Below, piece after piece: positions 26,949 through 37,321 of a stretch of DNA of 64,000 nucleotides. The first letter of the stretch is position 1, and each line of letters starts with the position of its first letter. This stretch comes from an uncultured bacterium (GTDB lineage Bacteria > Abyssobacteria > SURF-5): positions 24,690-88,689 of the forward strand of contig CAYVQZ010000003.1 in NCBI GenBank assembly GCA_964453435.1. Reading direction: 5' to 3'. The position numbers and the translations under genes were made by a program. The notes under the pieces were generated by a model. That model saw nothing but the letters and a program-made list of their open reading frames with translations, was not told the origin of the DNA and made no database searches.

Positions 26949-29774
26949 ATGAAAAGCAGGCATCTGGTGGTGGTCCCGCATACCCACTGGGACCGGGAAT
27001 GGTACATGCCCTTTGAAGAGTTTCGCAAACGGCTTGTCGCCATGATGGACCGCTTGTTGCGCACGCTGGAAAGCGACAGCGATTTCCGGTACTTCGAGCT
27101 CGACGGGCAAACAATCGTTCTGTCCGATTATCTGGAAATCAGGCCGGACCAGGAGAAGAAGCTCAAAAAATTGATTCGGCAGGGCCGTATTCGGATAGGG
27201 CCCTGGTATGTGCAGCCGGACGAATTTTTGGTGAGCGGCGAAGCGCTCATTCGAAATCTTCGGCGGGGAATCAGGCATGCCAGAGAGTTCGGTAAGCCTT
27301 CCATGGTCGGCTACCTGCCGGACCAGTTCGGTCACATAGCTCAAATGCCACAGATTCTGGCCGGCTTCGGCGTTCGCTCGGCTGTCGTCTGGCGTGGTGT
27401 CGGCGACAGCGTTGACCAGAGCCAATTTCTGTGGGAATCTCCCGACGGCACACGCCTGTTCACGGTATATCTGGCCGATTCATATGGAAACGGCGCCTTT
27501 CTCCCCCTCGAACCGGCAAAGCTGCGATCCCGTTTGCTCGACCTGATAACGAGGCAGGAAGGATATTCTATCATCAGAAGCCTCTTGATAATGAATGGAT
27601 TGGATCACCTGGAACCGCAAGACGGCCTGCCGATAGCGCTGGAGAAGGCGGTAAGCGAGATGGAAGGCGTCACCTGCGAGATGGGCAACCTGGAGGTATA
27701 CATTCGGCAGGCGAGGGAGCAAGCCAATGCCCTGCCGACTCACCGGGGAGAATTTCGGAGTTCGCAGCGCGCGCCGCTCATTCCCAACGTTGCCTCCGCA
27801 CGGATTGCCCAGAAACAGCGGGATTTCGAGAATTGTCGATTACTCGAAAAATACGTTGAACCGCTCTGCGCGTGGGCGGAGCTCCTTGGCGACACCAGGC
27901 CCTATCGCGGTTTTATCGATTACGCATGGCGCATTACGCTGAACAATCACCCGCACGACAGCATTTGCGGATGCAGTGTGGATGCTGTTCACAGGGAGAT
28001 GGAAACACGATTTGACAAAGCGCGTCAGGTGGGAGAAACTCTCCGGAACGACGCTCTCTCCTTCCTCGCCTCCCACTCGGACTCTTCCTGCCTTCCGGCG
28101 GACGAACCCGTGCTATGCGTATACAATCCCCTGTCGGCTCGCACCCATGTTATCGACGTAGTGGCGGACCTCAAAGACCCTGACATGGCACGCTCCGTCC
28201 GAGATGCCGGCGGGCGCATTCTGGCGCTCCAGAAACAGGCGGGCGAACGCGAACTTTTTATTGCCATGCAGGATTCAGCCGAATCGATTCGAGCGATGGT
28301 TGCCGGTATCGAAAGCAGAGAATTGTTAGGTCTCTATATCAACGATATTTTCTGGCGGCGCGAGGGCAAAACACTCAAACTGACCTTGATCATGGGCCGT
28401 GCCGAAACGGGAGAGGTCGACTTCGAACAGAGGAGGGCTCAACTTCTCGAGGTGTTGAGCGACCCGTCTGTCGAAACAGTCGATGTGAAAGGAGTCGCCG
28501 GCGCGAGAACAAGGTTGAGTTTCTGTGCGGACGACCTGTCACCCGCGGGTTTGACCCTCTTTTCGCTGTCCTCGGCCGAATCGCTCCCACATGAAGCCGA
28601 GAAAATGCTGACAGTCTCTCCGGATATAATAGAAAACGATTTCTATCTTGTCACGATACGCCGCGACGGCGTCATTGATATTCTGGATAAGCAATCGGAT
28701 ATGAAGTTTCCTCGGTGCCTCCAATTTATAGACGAGGGAGACCGCGGGGACAGCTACACGTTCGATGAAGTTCCCGGAAGTAAACCAATCGATTCTTCAA
28801 GCAGCGCAGCGGACGTTTCCATCGAGGAAACCGGGCCGGTTCGGGCGAGCGTAAGAATCGAGATACGGCTGAATATTCCCGAGAAACTTGTGGAATCGAG
28901 AGATGCACGGTATGAGAATCAGGTATCCAACCGGATAATAACATACGTCTCACTGTATCGAAGTCTTAAACGCATTGATTTTCGAACGGAGGTGAACAAC
29001 CAGTGCGAGGACCACAGGTTGAGGGTCCGTTTTAACGCCCCGTTCGCGGCTCCGGTCGCGCATGTTGAGAGCGCTTTCGCGACGGTGATCCGTCCGTCGA
29101 AGGTTGAAGAATTCGGAAACCACTTTGAGAAACCGACCGGAACCGGCCCCCAGAAAACGTTCTCCTGTGTGGAGAACGGAAATTATGGCATGGCTCTCTT
29201 TAATCGCGGCATCCCGGAAATCGAACCACTGGCGGAAGAGAATAGCACGTCGCTTTTTCTGACGCTTATTCGGTCGGTCGGCTGGCTTTCCCGCGATGAC
29301 CTGGTGGCGCGGCCGGCTGCGGCCGGGCCGCAATTGCCGGCCCTCGGAGCCCAATCGAAGGGACGCCACACTTTCGAATACGCATTCACAAGCTATGAGG
29401 GAAATTACGTGGACGCCGATATTGTAAACCAGGCGCATGCGTACGCCTTTCCACCAATTGCAACAATAACAAACAGACACGAGGGAGCGCTCATGAGCGG
29501 GACGTCCCTGGCTACTTCAAGCAATCCGGCGGTGATAATCAGCGCACTGGAGAAGCCCGGTCCCGGGAAGACCTACTCGGTCAGGCTATATAACATAACC
29601 GACAAGGGTCAAAAAACGAACGTCGCTTTCTGGGGGAAAAATGCCACGGCATGCGAGGTGGACCTGCTGGGCAGACAAAGCAAGAGAAAGCGACCTCTCA
29701 TGGAAGGTGACAAAATGCAAGTGTCGTTTCGACGGGCAGAGATTAAGACATTTCATGTGATGCTGGGGCAATGA
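26949..29774 (+). CDS. Glycoside hydrolase family 38 (alpha-mannosidase / mannosylglycerate-hydrolase-like)
   Basis: GH38 N-terminal metal-site block VVVPHTHWDREWY and the block NNHPHDSICGCS. Length is 941 aa. Confidence 0.85.
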   Translation: MKSRHLVVVPHTHWDREWYMPFEEFRKRLVAMMDRLLRTLESDSDFRYFELDGQTIVLSDYLEIRPDQEKKLKKLIRQGRIRIGPWYVQPDEFLVSGEALIRNLRRGIRHAREFGKPSMVGYLPDQFGHIAQMPQILAGFGVRSAVVWRGVGDSVDQSQFLWESPDGTRLFTVYLADSYGNGAFLPLEPAKLRSRLLDLITRQEGYSIIRSLLIMNGLDHLEPQDGLPIALEKAVSEMEGVTCEMGNLEVYIRQAREQANALPTHRGEFRSSQRAPLIPNVASARIAQKQRDFENCRLLEKYVEPLCAWAELLGDTRPYRGFIDYAWRITLNNHPHDSICGCSVDAVHREMETRFDKARQVGETLRNDALSFLASHSDSSCLPADEPVLCVYNPLSARTHVIDVVADLKDPDMARSVRDAGGRILALQKQAGERELFIAMQDSAESIRAMVAGIESRELLGLYINDIFWRREGKTLKLTLIMGRAETGEVDFEQRRAQLLEVLSDPSVETVDVKGVAGARTRLSFCADDLSPAGLTLFSLSSAESLPHEAEKMLTVSPDIIENDFYLVTIRRDGVIDILDKQSDMKFPRCLQFIDEGDRGDSYTFDEVPGSKPIDSSSSAADVSIEETGPVRASVRIEIRLNIPEKLVESRDARYENQVSNRIITYVSLYRSLKRIDFRTEVNNQCEDHRLRVRFNAPFAAPVAHVESAFATVIRPSKVEEFGNHFEKPTGTGPQKTFSCVENGNYGMALFNRGIPEIEPLAEENSTSLFLTLIRSVGWLSRDDLVARPAAAGPQLPALGAQSKGRHTFEYAFTSYEGNYVDADIVNQAHAYAFPPIATITNRHEGALMSGTSLATSSNPAVIISALEKPGPGKTYSVRLYNITDKGQKTNVAFWGKNATACEVDLLGRQSKRKRPLMEGDKMQVSFRRAEIKTFHVMLGQ

Positions 29775-30457
29775 TTCCCATACGTGACAAGAATCCGACC
29801 GACCTTTTTCCGCTGGTCACGATTTCCCTAATAATCGCGAATATCGTGGCTTTCACCTACGAACTTCTGCAACTGCTCCATGGAACGCAATATTTCGAAG
29901 CGTTCATCAGAACCTACGCGATCGTGCCGAGGGCGTTCATAGCGAACCCGCTGGCGCCCGCGCAGCTGACTTCAATGTTCACGAGCATGTTCCTCCACGG
30001 CGGCGTGCTTCACCTGGGGGGAAACATGCTGTTTCTGTGGATTTTCGGGAATAATGTGGAAGACTATCTCGGGCACTTCAAATTTGCGCTCTTCTACCTT
30101 GCGTGCGGGGTGGGTGCCACGTTGACTCACGTCGTTACTCAAACGAATTCACCGATACCCGTAATCGGGGCCAGCGGAGCGATTTCAGGGGTTCTGGGCG
30201 CATATTTACTGCTTTTCCCGAGAGCGCGCGTGCTGACGGTGGTGCCCGTAATCGTTTTTTTGTACTTTATCGAGGTGCCCGCCTTCTTCTTCCTCGGCGT
30301 GTACATCATTTTTCAAATCTTGTATGGCATTTCCGATTCACCTGACGCAGCACAGAACATAGCCTGGTTTGCTCACATCGGAGGGTTCTTCGCGGGGATT
30401 CTTCTGCTTTTCTTCTTCCGCAAACGGCGTGGTTTCCGCAAACGTGTGCCGTACTGA
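29771..30457 (+). CDS. Rhomboid-family intramembrane serine protease
   Basis: HGGVLHLGGNMLFLWIFG, catalytic GASGAISGVLGAY, and HIGGFFAGI. There are multiple hydrophobic helices. The start overlaps the GH38 stop (ATGA). Confidence 0.9.
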   Translation: MIPIRDKNPTDLFPLVTISLIIANIVAFTYELLQLLHGTQYFEAFIRTYAIVPRAFIANPLAPAQLTSMFTSMFLHGGVLHLGGNMLFLWIFGNNVEDYLGHFKFALFYLACGVGATLTHVVTQTNSPIPVIGASGAISGVLGAYLLLFPRARVLTVVPVIVFLYFIEVPAFFFLGVYIIFQILYGISDSPDAAQNIAWFAHIGGFFAGILLLFFFRKRRGFRKRVPY

Positions 30458-30469
30458 CCGCCCGGCGAG

Positions 30470-31966
30470 TCAGGCGCGCCCGTAGGTTTCGGTCATCGAG
30501 CGGAGTTTTTCGGTCACGCCGGGAGTCAGGTGGTCGGCCCGAAGGCGCCACTGCCAATTGCCCTGCTGGGTAGCGGGAAGGTTCATTCGGGCTTCGCCCC
30601 CCAGCCCGAGGATATCCTGTATCGGGAAAATGGCGGTGTTCGCCACAGACATCATGACAAGCCGTATTAATTCCCAATGCAATTGCTCGGCTGCGACCTC
30701 ACGTCCGAGATACTCAAAAAGTCGTTTCTTTTCATCCGCTGTCGCTGTTTTTTCGAACCATCCGCGGACAGTGTCGTTGTCATGCGTGCCCGTATACGCG
30801 ATGCAATTTTTCGTCAGGTTATGAGGGATGTACGGATTTTGCGGCATGTCGCTGCCGAATGCGAACAGCAGCAGCTTCATGCCGGGAAAACCGAAGTGGC
30901 TCATGACTTCCCGCACGTCGGGAGTAATGATTCCGAGGTCTTCCGCGACGATGGGCAACTGCGTGAATTTCCGTTCGAGATGGCGGAAGAAGTCCATGGC
31001 CGGAGCTTCAACCCATCGTCCGTTCATAGCGGTTTTCTCGGTGGCGGGAACTTCCCAAAAAGCGACAAGTCCTCGAAAATGGTCGATTCGGACATAGTCG
31101 AAAAGCTCGATGTTATGCGCTATTCGTTTGACCCACCAGTCGTATTCCTGCTCCTTCAGAACATCCCAGCGGTAAATGGGATTCCCCCACAATTGACCGG
31201 TCTGACTGAAATAATCGGGCGGCACACCGGCAACCACATAGGGCCGTTTCTCCTCGTCCAGCTTGAACAGCTCGGGATGGCTCCAGACCTCCACGCTGTC
31301 GTGGTCCACATAAATCGGGATATCCCCGAAAAGCCGAATGCCCTTGGCGTTGCAATATTGCTTCAGCGCCGTCCATTGTTTGAAAAAGACAAACTGCAGG
31401 AATTTCTCCTTCTCGATTCGGTCGGCGAACTCTTTCTCGACCGAACGGACAGCCTCGGGCCGCCTGTCTCGCAGCTCTTTTGGCCATTCGCTCCACGCTC
31501 TCCCTTCGAAATTCGACTTGAGAGTCATGAACAGCGCAAACTCGTGAAGCCAGTGTGAATGCTTCGAGAGAAACCGGTCGTATTCGGGGTCCTTCCCCCC
31601 GTTCTTGAAACGGTCATAAGCTTGCGCCAGAAGCCTTTTCTTGTATTCGGCCACAGAGGAAAAATCCACCCGCTCGGGAGGAAAATCCGGCGTCCCTTCC
31701 AACTCGCTCATCCCGAGAAGCCCCTCCTGCGCCAACAGTTCGGGGCTGATCAGGAGAGGATTGAACGCGAAAGCGGAGGTGCTGTGATAGGGAGAATTGT
31801 AATGAATAAGGTCGGTTGGGTTGAGCGGGAGAATTTGCCATATGGTTTGTCTGGCTTCCGACAGGAAATCGACCCATCGACAGGCGGACGGGCCAAGATC
31901 ACCGATTCCGAAAGGTGAAGGCAGGGATGTCATATGGAGCAGAATGCCGCTTCCTCGAGTTCTCAT
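30470..31966 (-). CDS. malQ: 4-alpha-glucanotransferase (amylomaltase, GH77)
   Basis: The N-terminus GILLHMTSLPSPFGIGDLG and the block VRIDHFRGL are typical of GH77. Confidence 0.9.
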   Translation of the reverse strand: MRTRGSGILLHMTSLPSPFGIGDLGPSACRWVDFLSEARQTIWQILPLNPTDLIHYNSPYHSTSAFAFNPLLISPELLAQEGLLGMSELEGTPDFPPERVDFSSVAEYKKRLLAQAYDRFKNGGKDPEYDRFLSKHSHWLHEFALFMTLKSNFEGRAWSEWPKELRDRRPEAVRSVEKEFADRIEKEKFLQFVFFKQWTALKQYCNAKGIRLFGDIPIYVDHDSVEVWSHPELFKLDEEKRPYVVAGVPPDYFSQTGQLWGNPIYRWDVLKEQEYDWWVKRIAHNIELFDYVRIDHFRGLVAFWEVPATEKTAMNGRWVEAPAMDFFRHLERKFTQLPIVAEDLGIITPDVREVMSHFGFPGMKLLLFAFGSDMPQNPYIPHNLTKNCIAYTGTHDNDTVRGWFEKTATADEKKRLFEYLGREVAAEQLHWELIRLVMMSVANTAIFPIQDILGLGGEARMNLPATQQGNWQWRLRADHLTPGVTEKLRSMTETYGRA

Positions 31967-34765
31967 TCAATTCACCTCGCTGATGAGTAAAGCAACGGGA
32001 AAATGTTCAAAGACCTTTCCAATATTGAGTTCGCCTTCTCCTGTCACTCGCTGTTTTGTGATCGCGTTTCTCCACATCCGAGGAGCTTCGGCGGGAATTG
32101 CGAGCTGCGTATTCGACCACGTTTCCTCGCCGAGCGGAAGGGCCCCTTCTTTGACAAGCGAGGCCAAGAACCGAGGGACGACTGTCAACGCCCATCTCTC
32201 CACATGGTTTCTCGCAAAGGCGACCACGTTCTCCCTGTGCTTTCCGCTGACCTCGAGGGGAATATACTTTCCCGACCGGAAGATTTCAACATTATCTTTT
32301 CGGGCTTGAAGAGCCTGGTGGGTCAGAAAAAGCTTGACCCGTCCGTCTTCCCTGGCCTGCAACAACTCTTGAATGAGGGCAATGATATCCGAGCGAATCC
32401 CCTTTCGTATTTCTTCGAGGAGATTCCTTCTCCGAAAAAAATCGACCGGCCGCCGGTTGTCGGGGTCCACGAGGCTGAAATCCCACAGTTCTGTTCCTTG
32501 GTAGAAATCCGGAATCCCGGGAGAGGCGATTTTCAAAAGAACCTGAGACAGCGAATTAAAGACCCCGTAATGAGCGACTTTTTTTTGAAATGGTAGAAAG
32601 TCCTGAAGGAACGGATTCCTATCCGCGGGGTTTAGAATCTCGGAAACAAATGAAAGGAAGGCCTCTTCATACGCGAGGTCGGGCTTCAACCATGCGGTGT
32701 GTACTTTTGCCTCTCTCACGGCTTTGATGACATAAGCTTTGATTCGCTTGACAAATTCGGGGTGCTCGGTTTCATTGAAAGGAAACGCCCCGAGCAAGGT
32801 TTGATATAGAAAATATTCATCGTTTTTGTCGGGGACGCTCACGCCATCGAGCCTCTTTTTTCTCTTGCGGTTGAGTCTGCTCCACGATTTCAGGTTTTTC
32901 TCCCATTCTTTTGGGATTTCCGAGAGCACATTGATCCTGGCCCGCACATCCTCACCGCGTTTTGTGTCGTGTGTCGAGGTGGCGTTCAGGGAGTACGGCC
33001 ACAAGCGTCCCCTGTTCTCGTTGAACTCATGGAATTCGTTCGTCGAACGGCCAAACGTTTCGGGACTGCTTCCGACCTCGTTCAGAGAGATAAGCCTGTT
33101 ATATACGTACAACGTCGTGTCTTCGAATCCTTTTGCCATCAGCGGAGCGGTAAATTGCTGAAACCTCATAACGAAGTGGAGACACTGCTCCTGCTCATCC
33201 GCAGAGAGATAATCCTTCAATTCCAGGAGGAGCAGTCGTCCGATGTACGCGATTTCATTCAAGAGCGAGGGGTTGTCCCGCATTGCCCTCGCCACTGCCG
33301 TCTCGGTAAATGCGCGGTCTGTTTGCCGGGCGCCATTGGCGCCGCAGTAGGTTCTGTAGACGGGAAATCGGGACATGATTTCGATGAGCGCGTTCTTGAG
33401 TCCGTAAATAGTGATGTCGCTTCCATACCGGTCTCGGCTCGAAATGCCTTTTATGAGATTCGCAAGGTTGTCGATATCGCCGGCCATTAAATTCGTGATG
33501 ATAAGCTTTTTCTTCTCGATGAGAAGTTCGTCGTATGGCGTTTTCATGTCGGCGAAATTGAGGTATATCCTCGTAAAGTCGCGTTGATTCGCCTGCTCAC
33601 AAAAGATGCCGTTGACGCGGTTCAGGAAATCGTAACCCGTTGTGCCCTGCACGGGCCAGGAGGTCGGCAGCTCCTCTCCGGGATCGAGTATCTTCTCCAC
33701 CACGAAGTAGCTATCCGGTGCGCGCTCCCTCATTCTGAACAGGTAGGCAGTGGGATCGTAGAGCCCGTCGATGTGATCGATTCGCAACCCGCTGAAACGG
33801 CCCTTTCCCACCAGGTCGAAAACGAGAGAATGCACATGGTCGAACACTTGGGCGTCCTCGACCCGCAGTGAGATGATCTCGTTGATGTTGAAAAATCGCC
33901 GGTAGTTGATTTCCTCGGCGGCGACTTTCCAGAAGGACAACCTGAACAGTTGCTCGGCGAGGAGCGAATCAAGGAGTGTGAAGCTTTCCGGTTTGCCCCG
34001 TATGCCGTTAAAGGTTTCCAGGTTCCTTTCAATGAAAGCCTTTATCTCCGGATTCTGCGTGTACAGTTCCCACAGAGCTCTCTTGACAAAACGGGTCTGG
34101 TTGTATCGTTCACTCGCATCTTCGCCGACGGGCAATGTTTTGAGCACATAGAGCACGCCGAGAAGCTTTATAAAGTCGGGATGATTTTCCCCCAGTTCCC
34201 TCCTGAGCGTGGTGAGGTCATGCGTGAAAAAGCGACCGTAAGACTCGATTTTCAGAGGGAAAACAGTATCGTAGTAGCTAACGGTTAAGCCATTGGCATC
34301 GTAGCGCAGCCGGATGTCGCCGTTTTCCAGGGCCTCGCCGTAGAACGTGCCGAGGAATGGAGACAGGAGGCGATCCCTGATGCTCTCATACGGGTGATTC
34401 CACTGGATGTCGAAGAAACCGAAAAACCGAGAGCTTGGCCCGTTTTCCAATACGTCCCAAAGCATTGCGTTTTCATGATGGAAGGCCAGGTGATTTGGCA
34501 CGATGTCCTGGAGCCATCCCAAACCGCGTTTCTCCAGCTCCCCGGCGAGTTCATCGAAATCCTCGCGGGAACCCAACTCCGGGTTCAACTGATTTGGGTC
34601 GACGACATCGTATCCGTGCGGGCTTCCCTGCCGTGGCTTGAAAATTGGTGAAGCATAAAGGTGCGTAATCCCCAAATCGGAGAGGTATCCTGCAATATCG
34701 CCGGCCTTGCGGAATCCGAAATCGGGATTCAGTTGTATTCGATACGTTGAAATCGGGGTGAACAC
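31967..34765 (-). CDS. treY: Malto-oligosyltrehalose synthase
   Basis: N-terminus is TYRIQLNPDFGFRKAGDIAGYLSDLGITHLYASPIFKPRQGSPHGYDVVD. Length is 932 aa. LRIDHIDGL is present. Confidence 0.9.
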   Translation of the reverse strand: MFTPISTYRIQLNPDFGFRKAGDIAGYLSDLGITHLYASPIFKPRQGSPHGYDVVDPNQLNPELGSREDFDELAGELEKRGLGWLQDIVPNHLAFHHENAMLWDVLENGPSSRFFGFFDIQWNHPYESIRDRLLSPFLGTFYGEALENGDIRLRYDANGLTVSYYDTVFPLKIESYGRFFTHDLTTLRRELGENHPDFIKLLGVLYVLKTLPVGEDASERYNQTRFVKRALWELYTQNPEIKAFIERNLETFNGIRGKPESFTLLDSLLAEQLFRLSFWKVAAEEINYRRFFNINEIISLRVEDAQVFDHVHSLVFDLVGKGRFSGLRIDHIDGLYDPTAYLFRMRERAPDSYFVVEKILDPGEELPTSWPVQGTTGYDFLNRVNGIFCEQANQRDFTRIYLNFADMKTPYDELLIEKKKLIITNLMAGDIDNLANLIKGISSRDRYGSDITIYGLKNALIEIMSRFPVYRTYCGANGARQTDRAFTETAVARAMRDNPSLLNEIAYIGRLLLLELKDYLSADEQEQCLHFVMRFQQFTAPLMAKGFEDTTLYVYNRLISLNEVGSSPETFGRSTNEFHEFNENRGRLWPYSLNATSTHDTKRGEDVRARINVLSEIPKEWEKNLKSWSRLNRKRKKRLDGVSVPDKNDEYFLYQTLLGAFPFNETEHPEFVKRIKAYVIKAVREAKVHTAWLKPDLAYEEAFLSFVSEILNPADRNPFLQDFLPFQKKVAHYGVFNSLSQVLLKIASPGIPDFYQGTELWDFSLVDPDNRRPVDFFRRRNLLEEIRKGIRSDIIALIQELLQAREDGRVKLFLTHQALQARKDNVEIFRSGKYIPLEVSGKHRENVVAFARNHVERWALTVVPRFLASLVKEGALPLGEETWSNTQLAIPAEAPRMWRNAITKQRVTGEGELNIGKVFEHFPVALLISEVN

Positions 34766-34816
34766 GGCTTTGTCCTTTGTTGTATTCGATGAAAGCGGCT
34801 TCGTTCAGCCTTTTGT

Positions 34817-37321
34817 TTAGCTCTTCATTGAAGAAGGTTGTGGTGCAGGCGCCTTTGGTAATTTTGTCCACAGTTTCTCGCTGAGGGCGGAGAAATGTTC
34901 GATTAATTCACGCGCAGTTTCGTTACCTTTTTTCGCCTCCGACTGAAATTCGTCGTATTTCGTCTGAACTACCTCATAAAAGATATTCTGCACTCTCCAG
35001 AGGTTGATGGCAAAAGGGACCGCCGTGAGCAAACTCAGGAGGGATTCCAGCCTGCGGGCAATAGACAAGTCTGAAGGGTTTGACAGAAGCATTTGGGCCA
35101 CGCGCTCGATGTTTTTCCTCAGTGCGTATTCCAGCGCTCCGGCGTCGAGGGTTACTCCCGTGAGGTCGGTCTCCTTCAGCAGGCTCTCGACTTCGTCGAT
35201 GTCCAATTCCTCTTTCTCGAAGGCCCTGCGAAGGCTGCTGTTCAGGACGAAATCGGCGGCAGAGTACAACGGTCGAGGTATGGGAATGGCCGAATCCTTC
35301 AGGAACCGCATCATTGGCTCATTCCGCCTGTACAATTGGCGATAAACCGCCGCGGCTTCGCTCAGCGCCGATTCCAATATTCTGTCGAGGATTCTTCGTT
35401 GCTCATCTCGGAACAACGATTGAAGCGAATAGGTCGATGAGCCGAAATGCTTGTCAAGCATCCGGAGCGTATCGGGAAAATTCGCGCGGTCAAATGCGGA
35501 TGAGACCTCCGCAACCATTTCGCGGAAAGCCTTTTCCCCCTGGAACACGCGCACGCCGCAATTCAGATTGTGGCCGCCGAAATGGAGAACTCCGAAGCAC
35601 AGGCACGCCGACTCTCTCGTTATTTCCGAAGCGATCCTGGCACGCCCGAGAGCCAGAACGGAATACCCTATCTCCGTTTTCTGGTGGAACTCCCGGTCAA
35701 CGGTAAAACAGAAGATCGAAGCCCGCTCGTCATAGTCATGGAAAACCGAACTGATGGCGTAATGGGCGGCTACTTTCTGCAAATCGACCATCGCAGGTCG
35801 CACGAACTTCTCGTAAGTTCTTGAGCCGTCTCCGTGTTGAGGAATATTGCTCTTCGCTTGCTCGAGCAATCCGAGAAACGCCTTTTCCAAGCTATCGCCG
35901 AACAACTCATGTGCGAGCTGAATGGCTCTGCCGGCATATTGCATGACCTGCACGGTCTCGATCCCCGAACTGTCGTCGAAGAACCACCCGCAACTCGTGT
36001 ACATAAGCATGAGATGCCGCTGAAGTTCAAGTGCTTTGAGAACCGTTTCCTTCTCGGATTCGTTCAGCGGCCTCGCCGCATGGTGTGTGAGAAACCGGTC
36101 GAGGGTGTTTTCCGACCTGTCCAATATAAGCCGGATGTAGTCATTGCGAGCGGCCCATGGATCATTCAGAAACTCCGAGGCCTTCCGTTCAAAGCGGGGC
36201 GCCAGGCTGTCTCGCAAATAGTCGAAGCCTTCCCTGAGAGACGCCCTCCACGCCTGCTGCCATCCCGGATGCCCGCCCGTGTTGCAACCGCAGTTGCTCC
36301 TCCATCGCTCGATCCCGTGAACACAGCTCCAGGAACTGTTCTCGAATATCTCGACCTCGCAGGTGGGAGGGTGTTTTTCGAGATATTCGGCATAATTCGT
36401 GAGGCGGGCCAGCTTCTTCGACTCGATGTAATTCAAGGCGTACGCCAGCGCCATGTCGCCAAACCGATGGTGATGTCCGTAGGTTTCGCCGTCCGTGGCG
36501 ATATGAACAATCTGGGGCCATTCGCGCTTATCCGAAAAGCCTCCGAGCAGCCTCCGCGCAAAGGTTTCTCCTCTGCTCAGCAGTTTTTCGAAGGCGACAG
36601 CCCGGGAAATGGGGCCATCGTAAAAGAACAGGGAAATCGTCCTGCCCGACGGAAGCTTCAACAAATAGGGCATCGTGGGATCGATTCTTTCCCCTCTGAT
36701 ATCCTCCCATTCTTCCTGTATCAGAGGCCTGATTCGACTCGCTTGTCGCGGCGCAAGTATTGTGAAGAGGATGTCCTGTTCTGCGAGAATGTCGAGCGTC
36801 TCGAGGTCCACGGCGGTTTCGGGCAGCCACATGCCTTCCGGCCTGCGCTTGAATCGGCGCTCGAAATCATGGATTCCCCACAAAACCTGTGTGTGCTTGT
36901 CCCTCCGATTGGCCAACGGAAGAATCATGTGGTTATAGGCCTGCGCCAGCGCCGAGCCGTGGCCGGAGAAATTTCGCTGACTTTCCTGGTCGGCGGTCAA
37001 TATGGCTTGATAGAGGTCCGGCGTTTTCGCCTCCACCCACGCCAGCAACGTGGGACCAAAGTTGAAGCTTATTTTCTGATAATTGTTCACGATCTGGGCG
37101 ATTCGGTCATTCTCGTCCAAGATACGAGAGGTGGCGTTTGTCGCATAACATTCAGAGGTAATTCGCTCGTTCCAATCATGGTAGGGAAAGGCCGAGTCCT
37201 GTAGTTCGATCGCCTCCAGCCACGGGTTCTCACGCGGGGGCTGATAGAAATGCGCGTGGATGCATATGTATCGGTCCATGAATTCAATACCTCGCTTCCC
37301 GAACGAAGAAAACGCACTCAT
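34817..37321 (-). CDS. GH57-family glycoside hydrolase with long C-terminal (DUF3536-like) domain
   Basis: GH57 blocks CIHAHFYQPPRENPW and HIATDGETYGHHH. Length is 834 aa. The probable true start is the ATG at 37279 (MDRYICIH), 4 nt after the treZ stop. Confidence 0.8.
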   Translation of the reverse strand: MSAFSSFGKRGIEFMDRYICIHAHFYQPPRENPWLEAIELQDSAFPYHDWNERITSECYATNATSRILDENDRIAQIVNNYQKISFNFGPTLLAWVEAKTPDLYQAILTADQESQRNFSGHGSALAQAYNHMILPLANRRDKHTQVLWGIHDFERRFKRRPEGMWLPETAVDLETLDILAEQDILFTILAPRQASRIRPLIQEEWEDIRGERIDPTMPYLLKLPSGRTISLFFYDGPISRAVAFEKLLSRGETFARRLLGGFSDKREWPQIVHIATDGETYGHHHRFGDMALAYALNYIESKKLARLTNYAEYLEKHPPTCEVEIFENSSWSCVHGIERWRSNCGCNTGGHPGWQQAWRASLREGFDYLRDSLAPRFERKASEFLNDPWAARNDYIRLILDRSENTLDRFLTHHAARPLNESEKETVLKALELQRHLMLMYTSCGWFFDDSSGIETVQVMQYAGRAIQLAHELFGDSLEKAFLGLLEQAKSNIPQHGDGSRTYEKFVRPAMVDLQKVAAHYAISSVFHDYDERASIFCFTVDREFHQKTEIGYSVLALGRARIASEITRESACLCFGVLHFGGHNLNCGVRVFQGEKAFREMVAEVSSAFDRANFPDTLRMLDKHFGSSTYSLQSLFRDEQRRILDRILESALSEAAAVYRQLYRRNEPMMRFLKDSAIPIPRPLYSAADFVLNSSLRRAFEKEELDIDEVESLLKETDLTGVTLDAGALEYALRKNIERVAQMLLSNPSDLSIARRLESLLSLLTAVPFAINLWRVQNIFYEVVQTKYDEFQSEAKKGNETARELIEHFSALSEKLWTKLPKAPAPQPSSMKS

